Assembly: GCA_045660065.1 (NCBI GenBank)
Contig: JAZRDC010000030.1
Location: 35-64,034, forward strand
DNA: 64,000 nt
Reading direction: 5' to 3'
Source of the DNA: Clostridia bacterium
GTDB lineage: Bacteria; Bacillota; Clostridia; RGIG6154
A model generated the notes under the pieces. That model was given only the letters and a program-made list of their open reading frames with translations. It had not been told where the DNA came from and did no database searches. Below, piece after piece: positions 47,798 to 56,727 of this stretch. How positions within the stretch are numbered: position 1 is the stretch's first letter; every line of letters starts with the position of its first letter. A program made the translations under genes and the position numbers.

Positions 47798-48685
47798 ATG
47801 TTTAATATTGTAAAAAATAAAAAGATTTTCTATATCGTTTCAGCAATCGTTATCCTTGCAGGTATTGCTTCAATGCTTATCCAGGGATTTAAAATGGACA
47901 TTGATTTTGCAGGCGGTATTGAATGTACAGTTAATGTTGGTACTGTTGTAGACAGTGCTAAATCAAGCGAAATTGCAAAAATCGTTAAAGATTCTGCAGG
48001 CGTTAACGCAACTGTTCAGAAAACAGGCGATAACGGTACAGACGCTTTAATCAAAATTTCAGAAGAACTTACAATGGAAAAAGAAGTTGCTATGAAAGAT
48101 GCTCTTGTTAAAGGCCTTTCAATTGAAAAAGAAGCAATCACAAACTTTGAAGTTGTATCACCTACAGTAGGTAAAGAAATGCAGACAAGCGCTATTTTAG
48201 CAGTAATCATCGCTGTTGCTTTGATGCTTGTTTACATCTCATTGAGATTTGAATTCTTATCAGGTTGTGCAGCAGTTGTTGCTCTTATCCACGACGTATT
48301 GGTTATGCTCGGAATTTACTCAATTTTCCAGCTTCCTGTTAACACAACATTTATTGCTGCGATTTTGACCATTCTTGGTTACTCAATCAACGCAACAATC
48401 GTTCTTTTTGACAGAGTAAGAGAAAATCAGAAAATTCAGAGAAAAGAAACATTTGTTAACACTGTAAACACAAGTGTATGGCAGACAATGCTTCGTTCAC
48501 TCAACACATCACTTACAACTCTTGCAACACTTATCGTATTGTTCTTTGTTGGTGTTGATTCAATCAAAGAATTCGCACTTCCTATAACAGTTGGTGTTGT
48601 AGCAGGTTTCTATTCATCAGTATTTATCTCAGGTAACATCTGGGCTGAATTCAAAAAACTTGCTAAGCACAAAAATGTTGCGTAA
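47798..48685 (+). CDS. secF: Protein translocase subunit SecF
   Basis: 295 aa, SecF topology, immediately downstream of secD. Confidence 0.85.
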   Translation: MFNIVKNKKIFYIVSAIVILAGIASMLIQGFKMDIDFAGGIECTVNVGTVVDSAKSSEIAKIVKDSAGVNATVQKTGDNGTDALIKISEELTMEKEVAMKDALVKGLSIEKEAITNFEVVSPTVGKEMQTSAILAVIIAVALMLVYISLRFEFLSGCAAVVALIHDVLVMLGIYSIFQLPVNTTFIAAILTILGYSINATIVLFDRVRENQKIQRKETFVNTVNTSVWQTMLRSLNTSLTTLATLIVLFFVGVDSIKEFALPITVGVVAGFYSSVFISGNIWAEFKKLAKHKNVA

Positions 48686-48705
48686 TTAAATATTGATTTT
48701 TAAAT

Positions 48706-48738
48706 GAGTTCGGTAACAAACCGGACTCATTTTTTTTG
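48706..48738 (+). terminator. Rho-independent terminator after secF
   Basis: GAGTTCGGtaacaaaCCGGACTC followed by tttttttt. Confidence 0.65.
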
Positions 48739-48814
48739 CAGAAATTGTACTGATAGTATATAATTATTCATAATTTTGTTTACTTTTTGAATTTGTTGTG
48801 GTATACTATATTTG

Positions 48815-49430
48815 TAAAAATAGGTGGCGCAGTATTCTAGTCAGATTTTTTCATTCCCAGGACGGGCCTAAAAATCCGTTGAAGGGCACATCGATGAAGT
48901 TTCTGGTGCCGGCTTTCGACGCCCAGTCGAGGGTTGGTGCTGGGAGTTAAGGATTAAGGGCGGTCGGCAATGGCATGCAGAATTCGACCCTTCTTCCGTG
49001 GAGACCTATACTTGTGGTGTATCTGCTGCGTGCTCTGTGAAGGGCCGGCGGAAAAACTACGACTTAGGATTAAACCTGCTTTGCGGTTAAATTTTTAGCT
49101 GTGGGCAGAGTAGCCTGCCTTGAGCGGGTGTGGTGGATTGTAAGATCAGGCGTTTTTTGGTCGGCCAACTGAAAAACACTATTGCTTCATGAAACCTCAT
49201 TTGCAAAAGAGGCTAAGATTGATTAAATCTGTAGAGGAAATCTCCTAGGCTGTTGGAAACAGATATGCAAAGGATTAGAGTGCGGACTAAGTGGCAATCG
49301 GGTACGAAACTGAGCGATCGTTTCGGCCGTGCTTTAAAGGGAAACCGCCCACATCGGCGACGAGTGAGCAGCATAGCGGGAAAACCAACCCGACCTAAGC
49401 CGTAAATTTTACTTTGTGTATTGCCCCTTT
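48815..49430 (+). ncRNA. OLE (ornate, large, extremophilic) RNA. The call rests on genomic context; the boundaries are approximate.
   Basis: A ~600-nt GC-rich, ORF-free, hairpin-dense segment in an AT-rich genome. It is preceded by an extended -10 promoter (tggTATACT) and followed by a small 4-TM protein gene and then dxs-tlyA-nadK-argR-recN. This is the conserved OLE/oapA neighbourhood. Confidence 0.65.
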
Positions 49431-49457
49431 ATTTACATTTTTTAGGAGTGTAGTAAT

Positions 49458-50018
49458 TTGAAGAAAAAGATTAAATTTAAATCAGGAAAAAAGAAAATAA
49501 GTATAAAATATGTACTCACAATTTCTTTTACCACACTTGTAATTGCCATTTTAATGAAAACCATAAGCGATGCTTTGCTTGAAAATATTATAATGGCATA
49601 CAGTTACTTTATATTGCTTGGAATAATATTGATAGGTATTATTTTCGATATTGTAGGCGTTGCGGTTACATCCTGCGATGAAACAAAGTTCCACGCAATG
49701 GCATCTGACAAGGTTTATGGTGCAAAAGAAAGCATTATGCTTATAAAAAATGCAGAAAAAGTTTCAAGCATCTGTAACGACGTTATAGGCGACGTGTGCG
49801 GAATTATAAGCGGTGCGGTGTCAAGTTGGATTGTGGTGCAACTTGCAGTTGGCGGGATAAGTGCGGGAGAAGATTTTCTTGCCCTTGGTATGACAGGGGT
49901 AGTTTCTGCTCTTACCGTTGGCGGAAAAGCACTGGGGAAATTTGCCGCAATTAATTTAAACAGTAATATTGTATATTTAGCAGGAAAAATTATAAGATTT
50001 TTCAAGTTTAAAAAATAG
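49458..50018 (+). CDS. oapA: OLE-associated membrane protein OapA-like (4 TM)
   Basis: 186 aa with four predicted TM helices, a TTG start with an AGGAG RBS, and a position between the ncRNA and dxs. Confidence 0.55.
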   Translation: MKKKIKFKSGKKKISIKYVLTISFTTLVIAILMKTISDALLENIIMAYSYFILLGIILIGIIFDIVGVAVTSCDETKFHAMASDKVYGAKESIMLIKNAEKVSSICNDVIGDVCGIISGAVSSWIVVQLAVGGISAGEDFLALGMTGVVSALTVGGKALGKFAAINLNSNIVYLAGKIIRFFKFKK

Positions 50019-50037
50019 TAAGAGAGGGGCGAAAGGT

Positions 50038-51855
50038 ATGGGCATTATTGATTCTATAAAATCACCCGAAGATGTAAAAAAACTGAATAATGCTGAACTT
50101 GCGCGCCTTTCAGGTGAGTTAAGAAAGATTGTAACAGAATCTGTTGCAAAAAATGGGGGGCATCTTGCTTCAAATCTTGGTATTGTTGAAATAACTCTTG
50201 CACTTTTTAAAGTGTTTAATCTGCCTGAAGATAAAATTGTGTACGACGTAGGGCATCAGTGCTACGTTCACAAGATTTTAACAGGCAGAAAAGATAAAAT
50301 GGATACTTTAAGAACCTATGGCGGTGTGGCAGGATTTCCTAAAATTCAGGAAAGCGAATACGATGCTTTTAACACAGGTCATTCAGGTGATTCTGTTTCT
50401 GTTGCTATGGGAATTGCAGAAAGCAACAGACTTAATAAAAAGGACGCTTTTGCTATTGCAGTAATCGGTGATGGCTCTTTGTCAAACGGACTTGCTTTTG
50501 AAGGCCTCAATAATGCGGGTAGAGAAAAATCAAATTTAGTTGTTGTGTTAAACGACAACGAAATGAGTATTTCCAAAAATGTTGGAAGTTTAAGTAATTA
50601 CTTAAGTATGTTAAGAACCCGCCCGAAATATTCTGATTTTAAAAGAAACATTCAAAACAGACTTGGCAAGTTAAACGGTGTGGGATCAAAACTTTCAAAG
50701 GCACTTTCTGTAACAAAAGACAGCCTTAAGCATCTTTTAATTCCTGATACTGTTTTTGAGGCTTTGGGATTTACTTATGTTGGACCAATCGACGGACACG
50801 ATATAGAACTTTTAACAACGGTTTTTGAACAGATTAAACATATAAACAAACCTGTTTTGGTGCATACAATCACCAAAAAAGGCAAGGGTTATACTTTTGC
50901 AGAAAATAATCCTGCAGCATATCACGGAACAGGGGCTTTTGATGTTTCAAAGCCACTTAATGTAGTAGAAAAAAAGAACTCTTTTAACTATGTTTTAGAC
51001 AAGGTTTTGTGTGAGCAGGCAGAAAAGAATGAAAATATAGTTGGAATTTGTGCGGCTATGGAACAGGCTGTTGGAATGAGTAAATTCCACAAAAGTTTCC
51101 CTGACAGATTTTACGATGCGGGAATTTGTGAGGGCCACGCAGTAACATTTGCGGCAGGTATGGCAATTTCGGGCAAAACTCCTGTTGTTGCAATTTATTC
51201 AACATTTATGCAAAGAGCCTATGACAATGTTATAAGCGATGTTGCTCTTACTAATCAGCATGTTGTTTTTTGTATGGACAGAGCAGGACTTTCCGGTGAA
51301 GACGGAGAAACCCATCACGGACTTTTTGATGTTTCTTATATGTTGTCAGTTCCTAATATGACGGTGCTGACACCAAGAAGTCCAGATGTTTTTGAAAAGG
51401 CTCTTGAGATTGCCATAAATGACATAGAAGGTCCTGTTTCAATAAGATATCCGAAATCGGGGGCATACAGCAATGGCAATATTCCTGAAGATATTTTTAA
51501 AGCAGAACTCTTGCGTGAAGGAAATAAAGTTACCGTAATTACAATGTCAAGAATGACAGAAGTGGTGGCTTCTATCGACTTTGACGGTGACCATATCAAT
51601 TTAAACAGCATAAAACCTCTTGATAAAGAAGCGATAATTAAATCTGCGTCCAAAACTGGCAGAGTTATTACAGTTGAGGACAACCTTATATCAGGCGGTA
51701 TGGGAGATAAGGTTGCAGAAATTTTAAAAGAATTAAAAATTCCTGTTACAAAACTTGGAATTTATGACAGATTTGTTACCCACGGAAGTGTGGACGAGTT
51801 ATTAAAAGAATTAAAACTTGATAAAGACTCCATTTTAAAGGTGATTGAAGAATGA
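50038..51855 (+). CDS. dxs: 1-deoxy-D-xylulose-5-phosphate synthase
   Basis: 605 aa with a TPP-binding motif (GDGSLSNGLAFEGLNNAG) and a transketolase-like fold. Confidence 0.9.
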   Translation: MGIIDSIKSPEDVKKLNNAELARLSGELRKIVTESVAKNGGHLASNLGIVEITLALFKVFNLPEDKIVYDVGHQCYVHKILTGRKDKMDTLRTYGGVAGFPKIQESEYDAFNTGHSGDSVSVAMGIAESNRLNKKDAFAIAVIGDGSLSNGLAFEGLNNAGREKSNLVVVLNDNEMSISKNVGSLSNYLSMLRTRPKYSDFKRNIQNRLGKLNGVGSKLSKALSVTKDSLKHLLIPDTVFEALGFTYVGPIDGHDIELLTTVFEQIKHINKPVLVHTITKKGKGYTFAENNPAAYHGTGAFDVSKPLNVVEKKNSFNYVLDKVLCEQAEKNENIVGICAAMEQAVGMSKFHKSFPDRFYDAGICEGHAVTFAAGMAISGKTPVVAIYSTFMQRAYDNVISDVALTNQHVVFCMDRAGLSGEDGETHHGLFDVSYMLSVPNMTVLTPRSPDVFEKALEIAINDIEGPVSIRYPKSGAYSNGNIPEDIFKAELLREGNKVTVITMSRMTEVVASIDFDGDHINLNSIKPLDKEAIIKSASKTGRVITVEDNLISGGMGDKVAEILKELKIPVTKLGIYDRFVTHGSVDELLKELKLDKDSILKVIEE

Positions 51856-52649
51856 AAACAAGATTAGACGTATATCTTTTTGAAAATGGAATGGCAGAAA
51901 GCCGTGAAAAGGCAAGAAGCATAATAATGAGCGGAAGCGTTTATGTCAACAATCAGAAAGCCGATAAGGCGGGATATTCTGTAAACGACGGCGATAATGT
52001 GGAGGTGCGCGGAAAGCAGAATCCATATGTAAGTCGAGGCGGTTTGAAACTTGATAAAGCCATGAGCGTGTTTGATATTACACTAAATGGCAAGGTTTGT
52101 ATGGATATTGGTGCTTCCACCGGCGGATTTACCGACTGTATGCTTCAAAATGGCGCCACAAAGGTTTTTTCTGTTGATGTTGGCTATGGTCAACTTGCCT
52201 GGAAATTAAGATGCGACGAAAGAGTCGTAAATATGGAAAGAACAAATATAAGAAATGTAACAGAAGAGCAAATCGGTGAAAAACTTGATTTTGCATCGGT
52301 TGATGTTTCTTTTATATCTTTAAAACACGTTTTGCCTGTTGCTAAAAAACTGCTTAAAGACGGCGGCGAAATGGTCTGTCTTATAAAACCGCAGTTTGAA
52401 GCAGGCAGAGAAAAGGTTGGCAAAAAAGGGGTAGTAAGAGATATTTCAGTTCACTACGAAGTGGTGGAAAACATAATTGCTCTTGCAAAAGAAGAAGGAT
52501 TTTATCCATCAAATCTTGATTATTCGCCAATCAAAGGCCCTGAGGGCAATATTGAATATATAATTCATTTGAAAACAATTGAGACAGATTGTGAAATTGA
52601 TGTTAAAAAAGTGGTGGATTTAAGCCACGAGAATTTAGCATCTGCTTAA
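51852..52649 (+). CDS. tlyA: TlyA-family rRNA 2'-O-methyltransferase (hemolysin A)
   Basis: N-terminal S4 domain plus an FtsJ-like methyltransferase with a GASTGGFTD motif. Confidence 0.85.
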   Translation: MKTRLDVYLFENGMAESREKARSIIMSGSVYVNNQKADKAGYSVNDGDNVEVRGKQNPYVSRGGLKLDKAMSVFDITLNGKVCMDIGASTGGFTDCMLQNGATKVFSVDVGYGQLAWKLRCDERVVNMERTNIRNVTEEQIGEKLDFASVDVSFISLKHVLPVAKKLLKDGGEMVCLIKPQFEAGREKVGKKGVVRDISVHYEVVENIIALAKEEGFYPSNLDYSPIKGPEGNIEYIIHLKTIETDCEIDVKKVVDLSHENLASA

Positions 52650-52662
52650 AAGAGGAAGTTTT

Positions 52663-53508
52663 ATGAAAAAAATTGCACTGATTACCAATTTAACAAGAGA
52701 CAAAGATTTAATCCACACAAAAAATGTGGCAGAAAGTCTTTGTGATTTTGGTGTGCAGATTTTTACCAATGTTAAAGATATTGAAAACACCTGCTATGTT
52801 GAAAATATGGACGAAATATTTAAAAGCGTTGATATGGCAATAGTTTTAGGGGGAGACGGAACACTTCTTAACACTTCAAAATATGCCCATCTTAACTCTG
52901 TTCCGCTCCTTGGTTACAACATAGGAAATCTTGGATTTTTGGTAGAACTTGAAAAAGGTGAAAAAAGTGAATTTTCAAGACTTTTTTCAGGTGAATTTGA
53001 AATAGAAAACAGAATGATGCTTGAAGCAAAAGTTTTAAGAGGCGACAAAGAAGTTTTCGGCGGTATTGCCTTAAATGATGTGGTAGTGTCCCGCGGGGCA
53101 ACACCTAAAATGGTTCACTTAAATCTTAGTGTAGATAAAAACGAAGTAAGCGACTATTATTCAGACGGAATTATAGTTGCAACGCCTACCGGGTCTACTG
53201 CATATTCTCTTTCAGCAGGCGGACCTGTGGTATCACCGGGGTTGGATGTGATTATAATAACTCCTGTCTGCCCACATACGGTTACTTCAAGACCTGTTGT
53301 GGTATCGGGTGAAAGCGAAGTTGCAATTACCGTTGATATTTACCACAATGAAGATGTGGTTGTTATGTGCGACGGTGAGCACGGCATCAAACTTCAGTCA
53401 GGGGACAGGGTTGTTGTATCCAAAGCAGAGAAGAGTACAAAACTTATAAGATTTGGCAAAAAGACATTTTTTGATGTATTGCAGCAAAAACTTTCAGAAA
53501 GAAAATAA
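52663..53508 (+). CDS. nadK: NAD kinase
   Basis: GGDGTLL motif and NE/D short motif, 281 aa. Confidence 0.9.
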   Translation: MKKIALITNLTRDKDLIHTKNVAESLCDFGVQIFTNVKDIENTCYVENMDEIFKSVDMAIVLGGDGTLLNTSKYAHLNSVPLLGYNIGNLGFLVELEKGEKSEFSRLFSGEFEIENRMMLEAKVLRGDKEVFGGIALNDVVVSRGATPKMVHLNLSVDKNEVSDYYSDGIIVATPTGSTAYSLSAGGPVVSPGLDVIIITPVCPHTVTSRPVVVSGESEVAITVDIYHNEDVVVMCDGEHGIKLQSGDRVVVSKAEKSTKLIRFGKKTFFDVLQQKLSERK

Positions 53509-53524
53509 TTTGGAGGATTTTTAA

Positions 53525-53980
53525 ATGTCAAAGAAAAAAAGACATGATGAGATAATAAGACTTATAAGCGAAAATGTGGTAGAAACTCAAGGCCAACTTA
53601 CACAAATGCTTTTAGATGAAGGCTTTGATGTTACTCAGGCAACAGTTTCAAGAGATATAAAAGAACTGCGTCTGGTAAAGGTGTCAGACTTTGATGACAA
53701 TTACAGATACGCAATGTCACGCTCTGAAAATCCTGTATCAATGCTCAGTCGTAACATTCAGTTGTTAAAACACGTTATTTTGTCAATTGAAAGTGCAAAA
53801 AACATTGTTGTTATAAAAACATTGGCAGGTTCTGCACAAGGTTGTGCAAGTGCCCTGGAGTCAATGAATTTTGAAAAAATTGTTGGTGTAATCGCAGGAG
53901 ATGACACTATCTTTGCGGTTGTGCCTGATGATTCAGATGCCGATAAATTAATCAAGAAAATCCAAGAGGTAATTGAATAA
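53525..53980 (+). CDS. argR: Arginine repressor ArgR
   Basis: N-terminal winged HTH (TQGQLTQMLLDEGFDVTQATVSRDIKEL) and a C-terminal oligomerisation domain (GTIAGDDTIF-like). Confidence 0.9.
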   Translation: MSKKKRHDEIIRLISENVVETQGQLTQMLLDEGFDVTQATVSRDIKELRLVKVSDFDDNYRYAMSRSENPVSMLSRNIQLLKHVILSIESAKNIVVIKTLAGSAQGCASALESMNFEKIVGVIAGDDTIFAVVPDDSDADKLIKKIQEVIE

Positions 53981-55653
53981 TGCTTGGTCATTTACACATT
54001 GAAAATATTGCAATAATGGATAATGTGAGTTTAGAACTTGAATCAGGCTTTCTTGCACTTACGGGTCAGACCGGTGCGGGAAAGTCTATTATCATTGACT
54101 CAATTAATCTTTTGACAGGTGAGAGAAGTTCAAGAGAACTTGTTAAATCAGGCAAAGACAAGGCGTTGGTTGAAGGTGCGGTGTATACTGACAACAAAGA
54201 GGTTTTTGAAATCCTTTCAGACAGCGGAATTCCTTGTTTTGACGGCGAGCCTTTGATTTTAAGCCGTGAAATCACCAAAGACGGAAGAAGCACAGTAAGA
54301 ATTAACGGTAAACTTTCAACAACTGCCCTTTTAAGAGAAATTTGCGCGAAAATTATAAATATTCACGGTCAGAATGACAATCAGAGTATTTTAGATACAA
54401 AATTTCACGGCGAATTTTTAGATGATTTTGCATCTCTTAACGATAAACTTGAAGACTATAAAATTACATATGACAGTTATAAAGAAACACAAAATCTTTT
54501 AGATAATATTAATGATGATGAAACTCAAAAAGAGCAAAGAAAAGATTTTCTTGCCTTTCAGATTAACGAAATTGAAGAAGCAAAACTGACTATCGGTGAA
54601 GATGAGGAACTTTTAAGTCAGCGTCAGAAATATTTAAACTTTGAAAAATACCAGGAAAATGTAAACAGAAGTTATTATGCCCTTTCAGGGGGAGACGATT
54701 TTGAAGGAGCCTGCTCATTGGTGAAAAATGCGGTAAAAGGCTTGGAAGAACTATCGGTATTTTCTTCAGATGCAGGAGAAATTTTAGAAAGAATAAAAGA
54801 TGCTGCATCAGAACTTGAAGACATAAAAGAACTTGTTTACGACCTTAAAAATGACGATGAATTTGCAGATATTGATATTAACTATGTAGAAAGTAGAATT
54901 GATACAATAAATCGTTTAAAACGCAAATACGGCGCAGAGATTGAGGATATCTTAAAACAAAAAGAAGAATTCCAAAATGAACTCGAATCTATCGAAAACA
55001 GTGATTTTAATAAAGAACAACTATTGAAAAAATTAAATGAACTGTCAGACGAAATTAATAAAAAAGCAGAAGAAATTGAAAGTCTTAGAATTTCTGCCGC
55101 AGAAAAAATGAAAAAACAGGTAATGGCTCAGCTTAAAGACCTTGAAATGGACAAAGTGTTGTTTGATACTGAAATTAAACGATGCGATATAAACCAAAAA
55201 GGCTTTAATGAAATTCAGTTCCTTATTTCAACAAATCCGGGTGAGCCTTTAAAGCCTCTTAACAAAATCGCATCAGGCGGTGAACTTTCAAGAATAATTC
55301 TTGCACTTAAAGTTGTGCTTTCTGAGCGCGACCAGGTGTCCACAATGATATTTGACGAAGTGGATGTTGGTGTTGGAGGAAGTGCAGCACAAAAAATTGC
55401 AGAAAAGTTAAAAACTATTTCAAAAAACCGTCAGGTTATAGTAATTACTCACTTAGCGCAGATTGCAAGTTTTGCGGACAATCACTATCTTATTTCAAAA
55501 AGCGTTACAGATGGCAGTACCCACTCTGAAATCACTTTGCTTGATGATAAACAAAGGGTTGATGAAATCGCAAGAATTATCAGCGGCAGCGTTATAACTG
55601 ACAGCGCAAAGCAAACTGCAACTGAAATGATAAAAATGGCAAAAAGTTTTTAA
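53980..55653 (+). CDS. recN: DNA repair protein RecN
   Basis: SMC-like protein with a Walker A (GQTGAGKS), a long coiled coil and a C-terminal signature/Walker B (LSRIILALK...MIFDEVD). Confidence 0.9.
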   Translation: MLGHLHIENIAIMDNVSLELESGFLALTGQTGAGKSIIIDSINLLTGERSSRELVKSGKDKALVEGAVYTDNKEVFEILSDSGIPCFDGEPLILSREITKDGRSTVRINGKLSTTALLREICAKIINIHGQNDNQSILDTKFHGEFLDDFASLNDKLEDYKITYDSYKETQNLLDNINDDETQKEQRKDFLAFQINEIEEAKLTIGEDEELLSQRQKYLNFEKYQENVNRSYYALSGGDDFEGACSLVKNAVKGLEELSVFSSDAGEILERIKDAASELEDIKELVYDLKNDDEFADIDINYVESRIDTINRLKRKYGAEIEDILKQKEEFQNELESIENSDFNKEQLLKKLNELSDEINKKAEEIESLRISAAEKMKKQVMAQLKDLEMDKVLFDTEIKRCDINQKGFNEIQFLISTNPGEPLKPLNKIASGGELSRIILALKVVLSERDQVSTMIFDEVDVGVGGSAAQKIAEKLKTISKNRQVIVITHLAQIASFADNHYLISKSVTDGSTHSEITLLDDKQRVDEIARIISGSVITDSAKQTATEMIKMAKSF

Positions 55654-55661
55654 GGAGACTT

Positions 55662-56075
55662 ATGGAAAAAGCAATAGGAAAAGTTTTAAGCATAAAGGGC
55701 GATATGGCTGAAGTTTTAGTAATGCGTGGGTCTATGTGTGGCGACAGTTGCTCGAACTGCGGAATGTGTGAAAACAAAGGCACAAAAATCATAGCAGAAA
55801 ATTTAGTGGGTGCACAAAAAGGCGACAGCGTTGAACTTGGAGTTTCAACATCAAAAGGACTAAAGGCGGCGGCTTTGGTGTATATGATACCCGTTGTGAT
55901 TTTAATTGCATCGGTGGTGCTTTTCTTAAAAATAGGTTTTGGCGAAGGACAAGCGGTGCTTTTATCAATTCTTATAATGGCTTTTTGGTTTGCCTTGATA
56001 TTTATTGCCGAAAAACTTGGAATTTTTAAAAATAAAATAAATGCAAAAATAATAAAAAAAGAGAATGTAAATTAA
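55662..56075 (+). CDS. RseC/MucC-family (SoxR-reducing system-like) Cys-rich membrane protein
   Basis: N-terminal Cys cluster (MCGDSCSNCGMCEN) followed by two TM helices. Confidence 0.6.
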   Translation: MEKAIGKVLSIKGDMAEVLVMRGSMCGDSCSNCGMCENKGTKIIAENLVGAQKGDSVELGVSTSKGLKAAALVYMIPVVILIASVVLFLKIGFGEGQAVLLSILIMAFWFALIFIAEKLGIFKNKINAKIIKKENVN

Positions 56076-56124
56076 TTTACATTCTCTTTTTTGCATACAA
56101 TACAATAAGAAAGGCGGTAATAAA

Positions 56125-56667
56125 ATGGCAAAAAAGTTAAAAAGATGGGAAGTAGCAGGGTTTATCTTTGTGGTTGCCCTTGGGTCTTTAGGGCATTTTT
56201 TGTATGACCTTACAGGTGGCAGTCCTCTGGTGGGGAAATTTTTTGCGGTAAATGAAAGCACCTGGGAGCATTTGAAACTTTTGTTTTTCCCTTATGTTTT
56301 GTTTTCAGCCATTGAGTGGTTTTATATTGGCAAAAACTATAAAAGTTTTGCTTTTTCAAAGGCTTTGGGCGTTTTGTCAGGTATGATTTTTATTGTGGCG
56401 GCATTTTACACATACACAGGAATTTTGGGAAGTTCGGTTGATTTTGTAAATATTGCAATTTTTGTAATTGGTGCGGCAGTTTCTTATTTTGTGAGTTTAA
56501 AGATTTTATCAGGCGGAGGCAAAATCACTCTTAAACTGCCGTCGGTTATTGCTTTGATTATAATTGCGGTTTTATTCGTTTTATTTACAACAAATCCGCC
56601 GCAAATCGGTTTGTTCAAAGACCCTGTAACAGGAAAGTTTGGAGTGCAGTCGGAAAATACTATGTAA
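56125..56667 (+). CDS. Hypothetical polytopic membrane protein
   Basis: 180 aa with ~5 TM helices and no recognisable catalytic motif. Confidence 0.5.
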   Translation: MAKKLKRWEVAGFIFVVALGSLGHFLYDLTGGSPLVGKFFAVNESTWEHLKLLFFPYVLFSAIEWFYIGKNYKSFAFSKALGVLSGMIFIVAAFYTYTGILGSSVDFVNIAIFVIGAAVSYFVSLKILSGGGKITLKLPSVIALIIIAVLFVLFTTNPPQIGLFKDPVTGKFGVQSENTM

Positions 56668-56727
56668 AAACAATAGACAAAACTTTTTCTTTGTGATAAA
56701 ATGAAAAAAACACTTTTGGAGAAAATT

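Noticed and set aside
48815-49430. RNase P RNA, tmRNA, SRP RNA or a group II intron as the identity of the long ncRNA
   Set aside because: The size (~600 nt) is too large for RNase P, tmRNA or SRP. There is no tmRNA tag reading frame, and no intron-encoded ORF or domain V-like motif. The oapA-dxs-tlyA-nadK-argR-recN context points specifically to OLE.
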